NCBI GenBank assembly: GCA_963749155.1 | Contig: CAVVLO010000001.1 | Span: 800,001-864,000 of the forward strand | Direction of reading: 5' to 3' | Length of the DNA stretch: 64,000 nt | From: an uncultured Armatimonadia bacterium | Lineage (GTDB): Bacteria; Armatimonadota; Zipacnadia; CAVVLO01 | In this document: piece after piece, positions 49,028 to 57,627 of the stretch | How positions within the stretch are numbered: the first letter of the stretch is position 1 | Layout: every line of letters starts with the position of its first letter | The notes under the pieces: model-generated | Seen by the model: only the letters and a program-made list of their open reading frames with translations | Databases searched by the model: none | Told to the model about the DNA's origin: nothing | Translations under genes and position numbers: made by a program

Positions 49028-50968
49028 ATGCAGCGCAAGCCGTACCGTGCCCTTCTCATCGGCGCTCTGCTTATTCCGCCAGCCTCTTTCGTGGTGGCCT
49101 GGACCGAGCTTGTCGTGATGAGGATGCAACTCGGCATCCTGCAGTTCTCCCCAGCCGCAATCGGGATACTGCTGATTGTTGTCCTCTTCAACTCGCTGCT
49201 CAAACGCTTCGCCAAGCGGTTCGTCCTTCAGGCGCACGAACTGGCCATCATCTATTCGATGGTGCTAATTGGCGTGCTGCTGACCTCGCGCGGATTTATC
49301 GAGAAGGTCATCCCGCCGCTGGTCTCGCTGAATTACTTCGCCACCCCCGAAAACAAGTGGGAAGGGCTTTTCTTCCAGCATATCCCGCAGTGGATGGTCG
49401 TCTTCGATGTAAACGGGGGCATAAAGCAGCAGGTCGGGACAGACTTCTACGAGGGGCTTTTCTACGGCCAGGCTATCCCCTATCTGCAATGGGTGAAACC
49501 GCTCGGCCTGTGGAGCCTGCTGGGGATGAGCATGATCTTTATGTTCATGTTCCTGGCGAACCTCTTCCGCAAGCAGTGGGCCGACAACGAGAAGTTGATG
49601 TTCCCGCTGACGCAGCTGCCCATCGAGATGATGCGCGAAGACACCCTGGGGCCTTTCTTTCGCAACAAGCTGACCTGGATTGGTTTCTCCATCCCGGCCT
49701 TTGTGTTTACGTTGAACGGCCTGCATGGACTGTTCCCGGCGATACCGGAGATACCGCTTCAACACAACTTGAACCAGTATTTCATCTCCTTCCCCTGGAA
49801 TGCGATGAACTGGACTACCATACTCTTCTCGATGGCAGCGATTGGGCTCTCTTACTTCCTGCCAAGCCAGCTCTTGTTCAGCCTGTGGTTCTTCTTTGGC
49901 TTCGTGCGCCTTGAAGAGGTGATTGGGGCGCTTTCGCGGGCTCAGACGGACAATATGCCGCTGTATGGCGTGAGAGAGTTCATTGGGTACCAGCTTGTCG
50001 GCGGTTATGCGGTGCTGACCTTCTACCTGTTCTGGGTCGGCTGGCCGCATTTCAGCCAGGCCATCGCTTCTTTGCGCAACCGAGCGGCTGCTTCGGATGA
50101 GCACGAGATGATAAGTTACCGGGCCTCGATAATCGGCCTGGTGGTTACCTTCTGTTTTTCGGTTGGCTGGATGACTGTGGCGGGGATGAGCCTGTGGGTG
50201 GCTGTCGTCGAGGTAGCAGTTTTCGGCCTGATGGTGGCGCTGATTATGGCCCGAAGCTGCGCCGAGGCCGGTATGGCGATGACGGAGACGACCTTCAGGC
50301 CGATAAATGTCATCGAGATGTTTACCCGGCGCGCCAGCCTTGGGCCTCGCAATATCACAGTGCTGGCCTTTATGGATGCGGTGTTCACGCGCGACCTCAG
50401 AGGCAACCTGTTCAGTACCTTCCTTGACCAACTGCGTATCGCTGACGGGGTGGGGATGAAGCGACGCTGGCTGCTGCCGGCCATCCTGATTGCCGTCCCG
50501 CTGACGCTGGTGGTCGGCTCATGGATCCAGCTCTACCTGCCTTATCGCAACGCGGGCATCAATATGTATACCTATGTCTACCAGGGCAATAACTTGTGGA
50601 CAATTACCGATGCGGCGCCTCACCTCGAGGGGATGATCCGCTACAAGCCGTGGAACCTGCTTTTCTTCGGGGTGGGCATCCTCTTCACGAGCTTCCTGGT
50701 CATAATGAGATCTCGCTTTTGGTGGTGGCCTTTCCACCCGCTGGGCTTCGTGCTGTCGGGAAGCTGGACGGTTATGGTGTTCTGGTTCCCGATCCTGGTG
50801 ACCTGGATAGTGAAGAGCCTCATCCTGAGGTACGGGGGAATGAAGTCCTACAGGCAATGGCGGCCTTTCTTCCTGGGGCTTATCCTGGGCGAGTTCGGGC
50901 TGGCGGTGCTGTGGGCAATATTCGCAGCGATTACAAAACTACCGGCGCCATATTTCCCCTGGCCTTAA
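49028..50968 (+). CDS. DUF6785/DUF6784-like polytopic membrane protein (putative transporter), paralogue of 591..2534
   Basis: 646 aa; YFATPENKW, KQWADNEKLMFPLTQLP, FWWWPFHPLGFV, LRYGG, PFFLGLILG. Confidence 0.82.
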   Translation: MQRKPYRALLIGALLIPPASFVVAWTELVVMRMQLGILQFSPAAIGILLIVVLFNSLLKRFAKRFVLQAHELAIIYSMVLIGVLLTSRGFIEKVIPPLVSLNYFATPENKWEGLFFQHIPQWMVVFDVNGGIKQQVGTDFYEGLFYGQAIPYLQWVKPLGLWSLLGMSMIFMFMFLANLFRKQWADNEKLMFPLTQLPIEMMREDTLGPFFRNKLTWIGFSIPAFVFTLNGLHGLFPAIPEIPLQHNLNQYFISFPWNAMNWTTILFSMAAIGLSYFLPSQLLFSLWFFFGFVRLEEVIGALSRAQTDNMPLYGVREFIGYQLVGGYAVLTFYLFWVGWPHFSQAIASLRNRAAASDEHEMISYRASIIGLVVTFCFSVGWMTVAGMSLWVAVVEVAVFGLMVALIMARSCAEAGMAMTETTFRPINVIEMFTRRASLGPRNITVLAFMDAVFTRDLRGNLFSTFLDQLRIADGVGMKRRWLLPAILIAVPLTLVVGSWIQLYLPYRNAGINMYTYVYQGNNLWTITDAAPHLEGMIRYKPWNLLFFGVGILFTSFLVIMRSRFWWWPFHPLGFVLSGSWTVMVFWFPILVTWIVKSLILRYGGMKSYRQWRPFFLGLILGEFGLAVLWAIFAAITKLPAPYFPWP

Positions 50969-50982
50969 GGGGCTGTTTTGCA

Positions 50983-51011
50983 TTGACGCCCCGGCGGGGG
51001 AGTGCTAAACT
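50983..51011 (+). promoter_or_regulatory. sigma70-type promoter upstream of recR-porCDAB
   Basis: TTGACG-N17-TAAACT with TG extension. Confidence 0.6.
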
Positions 51012-51059
51012 TCCGCAGGGCCACGCGGCGACACTGCCCCAAAAGGACTCTGAGCACTG

Positions 51060-51659
51060 GTGCGGAAGTTTGCGCGTCCGCTCGCGCGCCTCATAGAGGA
51101 ACTTGGGAAGCTGCCTGGGGTTGGCCCGAAGACGGCTCAACGTCTTGCGTTTCATTTGGTGGCGTCTCCCAGACCTCAGATTGTGGCCCTCGCAGAAGCT
51201 TTGGTCGCCGCAAAAGATACCTTGCGTAACTGTCCTGTCTGCTTCAACCTGACCGAAGCCGTTCCCTGTGAACTGTGCGATTCGCCAGTGCGCGACAGGA
51301 CGAAACTGTGTGTAGTGGCCAGCCCGCGCGAACTTTTCGCGTTGGAGGCCTCGGGTGGCTTTTCAGGGCTCTACCATGTGCTGGGCGGAGTTATCTCTCC
51401 GCTGGCCGGGATAGGCCCTGATGAACTTACCGTAAGGGAGCTGCTCGAACGCGTCGCCGAAGGCGAAGTGACCGAGGTCATTATCGCTTTGAACCCTGAT
51501 GTCGAAGGGGAAGCGACGGCGCTTTATCTTGCTGATCAGCTGCGTTCCGCCAACGTGCGGGTGACTCGCCTCGCTATGGGGCTGCCTGCCGGAGGAGATC
51601 TGGATTACGCTGATGAGGTAACAATAACCAGGGCGCTCGAAGGGCGCCAGCAACTCTAA
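51060..51659 (+). CDS. recR: recombination mediator RecR
   Basis: LPGVGPKTAQRLAFH, CPVC...CELC zinc finger, YHVLGGVISPL, VEGEATALY. Confidence 0.97.
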   Translation: MRKFARPLARLIEELGKLPGVGPKTAQRLAFHLVASPRPQIVALAEALVAAKDTLRNCPVCFNLTEAVPCELCDSPVRDRTKLCVVASPRELFALEASGGFSGLYHVLGGVISPLAGIGPDELTVRELLERVAEGEVTEVIIALNPDVEGEATALYLADQLRSANVRVTRLAMGLPAGGDLDYADEVTITRALEGRQQL

Positions 51660-51676
51660 TCAAGGAGGCGAGTTCC

Positions 51677-52252
51677 TTGGCCGAAGTAGCAGAGATACGA
51701 TGGCACGGCAGGGCTGGCCAGGGCGCCAAAAGCGCGGCCTACACCCTGGCGGAGTCAGCGGGCCAGGAGGGGAAGTATATTCAGGCTTTCCCGGTTTACG
51801 GCTCGGAGCGCGCTGGAGCGCCTATGATGGCCTTCACGCGTATTGCCGAGAAGACGATCCGCAGGCACGAACAGATCCACAACCCCGATATCGTCGTGGT
51901 GCTTGATGAGACCATCATCGAGTCGGGCGGAGCTTTGAAGGGACTGAAGCCAGGGGGCATCTTTATGCTCAACACCCAGGCTTCTCCCGCCGAAGTGAAA
52001 GCGAAATGGGCCCCTGATATGGACATCAAAGTCTATACGATGGATGCCACAACCATTTCTCTTGAAGAAATGGGTCGCCCCTTCCCCAATATCCCGATGC
52101 TTGGAGCACTGGCGCGGGTTGCAGGGCTGGTTTCACTGGAGCAACTCATCAAGGATGTGGCCGAGACCTTCCGCAAGAAGCTTGGCGACAAGGTGGCCGA
52201 GGCCAACAAGCGCTCCCTGCAGCGCGGCTACGAGGAGGTGCAGGGCCTGTGA
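51677..52252 (+). CDS. porC: pyruvate/2-oxoacid:ferredoxin oxidoreductase gamma subunit
   Basis: EIRWHGRAGQGA, QAFPVYGSERAGAP, PNIPMLGAL. Confidence 0.93.
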   Translation: MAEVAEIRWHGRAGQGAKSAAYTLAESAGQEGKYIQAFPVYGSERAGAPMMAFTRIAEKTIRRHEQIHNPDIVVVLDETIIESGGALKGLKPGGIFMLNTQASPAEVKAKWAPDMDIKVYTMDATTISLEEMGRPFPNIPMLGALARVAGLVSLEQLIKDVAETFRKKLGDKVAEANKRSLQRGYEEVQGL

Positions 52253-52596
52253 GCGACAAGAAAGTCGATTTGGTAAGAACTCCCACTGAGGAAGATACCT
52301 GGGAAGCGCTGACCGAGGCTGGCATTATCCCTCGCGCTGGCAATTCCACCGAGTATTTTACAGGTTCATGGCGAGTTGAGCGCCCCGTTTGGAGCGCCGA
52401 GAAGTGCATCAACTGTTATCAGTGCTGGATTATGTGTCCTGACGCCAGCATCCTGCTGGATGCCGAGGGCAAGGTAGCCGGCATAGACTACGACCACTGC
52501 AAAGGTTGCGGGGTGTGTTTCTCGGTCTGTCCGCCCAAGGTGGCGGCGATCGAGATGATCCTCGAGTCCGATGCTATGGCAAAGGAGGGGAAGTAA
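52249..52596 (+). CDS. porD: pyruvate/2-oxoacid:ferredoxin oxidoreductase delta subunit
   Basis: TGSWRVERP, CINCYQCWIMCP, DYDHCKGCGVCFSVCP. Confidence 0.93.
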   Translation: MSDKKVDLVRTPTEEDTWEALTEAGIIPRAGNSTEYFTGSWRVERPVWSAEKCINCYQCWIMCPDASILLDAEGKVAGIDYDHCKGCGVCFSVCPPKVAAIEMILESDAMAKEGK

Positions 52597-52597
52597 G

Positions 52598-53785
52598 ATG
52601 GGTAAAAGAATCCCGATGGAAGGCAATATAGCTGTTGCCAACGCGATGCGCCAGATTAATCCGGACATCGTAGCCGCGTATCCCATCACCCCCCAGACCG
52701 AAACGGTACAGGCCTTCGCCAAGTTCGTGGCGGATGGTCTGGTGGATACGGACGTAATCCGCGTAGAAAGCGAGCACTCGGCTATGAGCGCCTGCATTGG
52801 CGCTGGCGCGGCTGGGGCGCGGGTCTTTACCGCCACCTCGGCTAACGGTATGGCGCTGATGTGGGAGATGCTCTATATCGCCGCCTCGCTTCGGCTGCCC
52901 ATCGTTATGGCGATGGTCAACCGCGCGCTGTCAGGCAACATCAACATCCACTGCGACCATTCGGACTCGATGGGCGCTCGCGACTCGGGCTGGATTCAGA
53001 TTTACGCTGAAAACGGCCAGGAAGCTTACGACAACTTCATCCAGAGCGTGCGCATCGCCGAGGCGGCTCGCCTCCCGGTTATGTGCTGCTATGACGGCTT
53101 CATCATCAGCCACGCCTTCGAGACCCTCGAAGTCGAGGACGATGCGGCTGTGCGCGCTTTCGTGGGCGATTACACTCCAGCTTATAACTTGCTGGATATC
53201 GAACACCCGATCACAGTCGGCCCGCTGGACCTGTTCGATTTCTATTTCGAGCACAAGATCAGCGAAATCAAGGCCTACAAGCCCGCACAGGAAGCCATCA
53301 TCAAGGTCGGCAAGGAGTTCGGAGCGACGTTCGGGCGCGAATATGGCCTGTTCGAGGCTTATGAACTCGACGACGCCGAAGAGGTCATTGTTTGCCTCTC
53401 TTCAACGGCCGGCAGTGTGAAGGATGTCATTGACGAGATGCGCGCCGAAGGGCGCAAGGTCGGCCTGCTCAAGCCGCGTCTCTTCCGTCCCTTCCCCGCG
53501 AAAGAATACGTCGAGGCGCTCTCGGGCGCCAAGTCGATCGCGGTACTCGACAGAGCCGAGTCCTTTGGCGCCTACACCGCTCCGCTCTACACAGAGCTTG
53601 CAGCAGCGATGAAGGTCTTCGGCAAAGATACTCCGATGATCAACTACGTGTACGGCCTGGGTGGGCGCGAGATCAACCTGGATCACATCCGGTCGGTTTA
53701 CGCTGATCTGGTCGAAGCCAAGGGCGGCGTTGATCCTGCAAACGTCAAGCGCTTCCTGGGCGTGCGTGGAGAGGTGACGCTCTAA
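52598..53785 (+). CDS. porA: pyruvate/2-oxoacid:ferredoxin oxidoreductase alpha subunit
   Basis: AAYPITPQT, ESEHSAMSA, NRALSGNINIHCDHSD, LFRPFP, GLGGRE. Confidence 0.95.
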   Translation: MGKRIPMEGNIAVANAMRQINPDIVAAYPITPQTETVQAFAKFVADGLVDTDVIRVESEHSAMSACIGAGAAGARVFTATSANGMALMWEMLYIAASLRLPIVMAMVNRALSGNINIHCDHSDSMGARDSGWIQIYAENGQEAYDNFIQSVRIAEAARLPVMCCYDGFIISHAFETLEVEDDAAVRAFVGDYTPAYNLLDIEHPITVGPLDLFDFYFEHKISEIKAYKPAQEAIIKVGKEFGATFGREYGLFEAYELDDAEEVIVCLSSTAGSVKDVIDEMRAEGRKVGLLKPRLFRPFPAKEYVEALSGAKSIAVLDRAESFGAYTAPLYTELAAAMKVFGKDTPMINYVYGLGGREINLDHIRSVYADLVEAKGGVDPANVKRFLGVRGEVTL

Positions 53786-54729
53786 TGGCTAGTCTTAAAG
53801 AACTGGCTCAACAGAACAAGATGCCCCTGGCGCCAGGCCATCGCCTGTGCCCTGGCTGCCTGGCTCCGACCGTAGTGCGTCAGGTGCTAATGGCCTCCAA
53901 GTATCCGGTTGTCACGACCTGTGCCACCGGCTGCCTTGAGGTGTCCACGACCATCTATCCCTACACCTCGTGGAATGTGCCTTTCATCCACAGCGCTTTC
54001 GAGAACTCGGCAGCGACGATGTCGGGCATCGAAACGACTTACAGGCATATGCGGAAGATGGGCAAACTCGATACAGAGATGCGCTTCGTGGCCTTCGGCG
54101 GCGATGGTGGCACTTACGACATCGGGATCCAGGCGCTCTCGGGAGCGATGGAGCGCGGGCACAGCCTGCTCTATGTCTGCTACGACAACGAGGGCTATAT
54201 GAACACGGGCGCGCAACGCTCGTCCGCAACCCCGCTGTGCGCCAACACTACGACGGCGCCGGTAGGCAAAGCCATCAAGGGCAAGACCGAGCAGCGCAAA
54301 GACCTTACGCTGATTATGGCCATGCACGATATCCCTTACGTAGCCCAGGCCTCGCCGCATAACTCGCGCGACCTGATCGCAAAGGCCGAGAAAGCCTTCG
54401 ATTACAATGGGGCGGCCTTCATCAACACGCTGGCCACCTGCGTCCGCTCGTGGGGCGTAGATAGCAAGCAGTCCGTCGAGGCGCTGAAGATGGCGACCGA
54501 GACGTGCTTCTGGCCCCTTTACGAGGTCGACCATGGCGTGCTCAAGATCAGCTACAAGCCGAAGGAGAAGCTGCCTATCGCAGAGTTCCTGAAGCTGCAG
54601 GTGCGTTACAAGGAAATGAGCAAACCCGAAAGCGCAGAGCTAGTGAAGAAGCTGCAGGATTGGGTCGACTACAAGTGGGAGCAGTTGCTCGCTCTCGAAG
54701 CGGCCAACCTGCCCAAGCAGGCTGTCTAA
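53785..54729 (+). CDS. porB: pyruvate/2-oxoacid:ferredoxin oxidoreductase beta subunit
   Basis: GHRLCPGC, ATGCLEV, GGDGGTYDIG TPP motif, YDNEGYMNTG. Confidence 0.95.
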   Translation: MASLKELAQQNKMPLAPGHRLCPGCLAPTVVRQVLMASKYPVVTTCATGCLEVSTTIYPYTSWNVPFIHSAFENSAATMSGIETTYRHMRKMGKLDTEMRFVAFGGDGGTYDIGIQALSGAMERGHSLLYVCYDNEGYMNTGAQRSSATPLCANTTTAPVGKAIKGKTEQRKDLTLIMAMHDIPYVAQASPHNSRDLIAKAEKAFDYNGAAFINTLATCVRSWGVDSKQSVEALKMATETCFWPLYEVDHGVLKISYKPKEKLPIAEFLKLQVRYKEMSKPESAELVKKLQDWVDYKWEQLLALEAANLPKQAV

Positions 54730-54754
54730 GCCAGTCTGTTTCTTTTGAAGCCAA

Positions 54755-54791
54755 AGCACCGGGGTCGCCCACGCGGCCCCGGTGTACTTTT
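54755..54791 (+). terminator. intrinsic terminator after porB
   Basis: CACCGGGGTCGC-ccac-GCGGCCCCGGTG followed by TACTTTT. Confidence 0.75.
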
Positions 54792-54792
54792 G

Positions 54793-54819
54793 GCAGGAGA
54801 TAATAGTGATAGGGGCGAA
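54793..54819 (+). promoter_or_regulatory. putative SigH-like promoter GCAGGA-N17-CGAA
   Basis: Motif variant directly after the porB terminator, upstream of the secreted hydrolase. Confidence 0.4.
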
Positions 54820-54840
54820 GCGTAAGGCACTAACTCCCTG

Positions 54841-57516
54841 GTGGTGAGGTTCTTGAAAGCTGCCCTTACACTGCTCCTCCTCCTGATTTGCGCTCTGCCT
54901 GCCCTTGCGCTGGACTATGTCTGGTGGGAGGGCGAAGAGGCCGTGGACCACAACTTCGATAACACTGCCTTCGCGCCGGGAGGCCTGGATAGTCCCAACC
55001 TGCTTTCAGGTGACAACTGGCTCAACACGCAGGCGAACGTGGCAGAGGGACAGAAATACGCCAAGTGGCAGGTGACCGTACCAGCGACTGGTTCCTGGTA
55101 TATCTACGCGCGCAAGTTTTGGCATCATGGTCCCTTCGAATGGCGCTTCGGGCAAGGCCCCTGGCGCGACGCCAGCAAGGTCAGCTTGCTCGATAATGTA
55201 GATTTACGCCAGTTTATCAATGCCAACTGGGTGTTGCTGGGCAAATATGAGTTGCAGGCGGGCACTCAGAGCTTCGAGATAAGACTGGTCAACGCAGCTG
55301 ATGCGGCGGCTTGCTTCGATTGCTTCGCCTTGACCGATAAGGTGTGGTTCCCCTCGGGCAAGTTGAAGCCGGATGAGAAGTCAGGCCTGGCTGAACCTGG
55401 TTGGTGGGCTTTCGAGCCTGGGGCGGACGATTTTCAGCCCACTCCCCTTGACATGCGCGCGCTCAATCATCCAACCGCCGGGGCCAAAGGCTTCCTTCAG
55501 CGCCAGGGGATGGACTTCGTCTTCGAGCAAGACCCAACCCCCTATCGCTTTTGGGCAGTAAATACAGGTTATGACTGGGTCGAGATGCCCGGCGAATATG
55601 TCGGGTACCTGGCGCGCAAGCTGGCGAAGGCAGGGGTGAACCTCGTCCGCGTCCACGGCCCGCTCTTCGATCCTGACGCGGCTTCACTTGAAGAAATCAA
55701 CTGGGAACGCATCCGGCTGCTGCACTACTTCGTGGCGGTGATGGCGCAGGAGGGCATCTACACCGAGCTGTCGTGCTATTTCCCTCTTTGGACATCCATA
55801 AAAGAGAGTTATGGGATACCGGGCTATGAAACAATTGGCAACAAGAATCCCTTCGGCCTGCTCTTCTTCGATGAAAAACTGCAAGCGGCGCATCGAGCCT
55901 GGCTGAAGGCGGCTCTCGAGACAACAAATCTGTTCACCGGTATGGCGCTGAAGGATGATCCAGCGCTTGCCCTGGTGGAGCTATGCAACGAGGATAATTA
56001 CTTCTTCTGGACTTTCAATCCTGGCGAGACTATCCCCCTTGCGGCCATCGAGCCACTGGAGGAGGCTTTCGGCGATTGGGCGGGGGAGAAGTATGGCTCG
56101 ATACAGGCGGCTTTCGACACCTGGGACTGGCCGCAGGAGCGCGATGAGGCAGCCAGTGGAAGGGCCCAGCTTCAGGGCGCCTGGTTTATGACCGCTGAAG
56201 GCGCCAGGAACACGCCGAAGGGCGGCCTCAGGATGCAGGACCAGGTGCGTTTCCTCGCCGAGAGCCAGAGAGGTTTCTACGAGCAGACCTTGCAGTGGCT
56301 GCGCTCCGAGGTCGGGTTGAAGTGTCCAACCATCTCAAGCAACTGGATTACTGCCGATGGCGCCACCCTGGGCGCTATTGACAAGTGGACGAATGCGGCT
56401 TGCGAAGTTATGGACCGCCACGCCTATTTCGACGCTCAGCATGTCACAGAGCGCGGCTGGCAGCTTAGCGTGGGAGACAAATACAGGGACCGGCTGGCGT
56501 TGAAGGAACCGGAGGCTTTCTCCCTGCGCGAGGTGCAGTACGAGGGACACCCCTGCCTTATCTCGGAATATGCTCTCTCGATGATCAACAACTACCGACT
56601 CGACCAGTCCTTCCTTGCTGCGACTTATGGGGCGCTGGAGGGCGTAGATGGGCTAGTACATTTTTCACTCGATGGCCCAGGCTGGGCCCAGTCACTTGGT
56701 AAATGGCCTCTGATGGAGCCGACTGTGCTGGGACAGTTCCCGCTTGCGGCGCTGCTTTATCGAAGGGGCGATGTGGCGGAGGCGGCGCCGGTCTTCTATC
56801 AGGGACTTGCGCTGGACGACTTGTTCGCCTTGAAGGGGACGGGCGTTGAGGAACCAATGAACGTGGACAACCTGCGCGCGGCAGGCATCCCTCCAGGGGG
56901 CGCCGTTACAGGCGGAGAGAGTCGCCTTGATCCCTGGGCTTTTTACGTGGGCAAGGTAGTGCGCAGCTTCGAGCCTGGCGCCGAGACGCGCGCGGTGGAC
57001 CTTTCGCCTTATATTGACAGGGAGCAACAGACAGTTAAGAGTCTTGATGGTTCGCTTCTCTGGGATGTAAAACGAGGCCTGGCCACTGTTGACACTCCGC
57101 GCAGCCAGGGCGCAACCGGCCTTATTGGCGCCGCCGCGCCGATTGAGCTGTCGGCGCTTACGATTAACTTTGGGCTGGAATATGGCACTGTGCTGCTGGC
57201 CAGTTTAACGGACTCTCCACTTGCCGATTCGGCCAGTCTGCTCTTACAGGTAGGCGCCCAGGCCCGCAGGTATGGGTGGCAAGAGTCGCCCGAGGGTGAA
57301 TTGATGAAGGTTGAGAATCTCGGTGGACCGCCGCTCAATGTACGCGAACTAGAAGGTACGCTGACACTGACCTTCCCAGGCGCCGAGGGCTTGACTGTAA
57401 GGGCTCTGGATCCGAACGGCGCTCCCCTGGAGCGTGAACTGCAGGTTGTGAAATCTACAGGCCAGCTGACCTTGTCGCTGGAACCAGACGTGCTGTACTA
57501 CCACTTCAGCAGGTAG
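54841..57516 (+). CDS. secreted clan GH-A (GH5/GH42-like) glycoside hydrolase with N-terminal beta-sandwich module
   Basis: Signal peptide; RFWAVN, GVNLVRVH, GIY, DDPALALVELCNED (acid/base), DRHAY, LISEY (nucleophile). Confidence 0.75.
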   Translation: MVRFLKAALTLLLLLICALPALALDYVWWEGEEAVDHNFDNTAFAPGGLDSPNLLSGDNWLNTQANVAEGQKYAKWQVTVPATGSWYIYARKFWHHGPFEWRFGQGPWRDASKVSLLDNVDLRQFINANWVLLGKYELQAGTQSFEIRLVNAADAAACFDCFALTDKVWFPSGKLKPDEKSGLAEPGWWAFEPGADDFQPTPLDMRALNHPTAGAKGFLQRQGMDFVFEQDPTPYRFWAVNTGYDWVEMPGEYVGYLARKLAKAGVNLVRVHGPLFDPDAASLEEINWERIRLLHYFVAVMAQEGIYTELSCYFPLWTSIKESYGIPGYETIGNKNPFGLLFFDEKLQAAHRAWLKAALETTNLFTGMALKDDPALALVELCNEDNYFFWTFNPGETIPLAAIEPLEEAFGDWAGEKYGSIQAAFDTWDWPQERDEAASGRAQLQGAWFMTAEGARNTPKGGLRMQDQVRFLAESQRGFYEQTLQWLRSEVGLKCPTISSNWITADGATLGAIDKWTNAACEVMDRHAYFDAQHVTERGWQLSVGDKYRDRLALKEPEAFSLREVQYEGHPCLISEYALSMINNYRLDQSFLAATYGALEGVDGLVHFSLDGPGWAQSLGKWPLMEPTVLGQFPLAALLYRRGDVAEAAPVFYQGLALDDLFALKGTGVEEPMNVDNLRAAGIPPGGAVTGGESRLDPWAFYVGKVVRSFEPGAETRAVDLSPYIDREQQTVKSLDGSLLWDVKRGLATVDTPRSQGATGLIGAAAPIELSALTINFGLEYGTVLLASLTDSPLADSASLLLQVGAQARRYGWQESPEGELMKVENLGGPPLNVRELEGTLTLTFPGAEGLTVRALDPNGAPLERELQVVKSTGQLTLSLEPDVLYYHFSR

Positions 57517-57627
57517 TTCAGGCAGCAAATCAGGCTAGGCATATGGAGGCCGGCGAGGCCGGCCAGCTTGACCCTGCGCGGGGCCAGAAGCTATCATCAG
57601 GCAGTTCTCCCGGAGGTAGACCCGCAG

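Noticed and set aside
6769..50431. Long antisense ORFs such as 6769..8019, 12519..13682, 38610..39617, 47609..48607 and 49265..50431
   Set aside because: Shadows of well-supported genes on the opposite strand, expected at high GC; no motifs of their own
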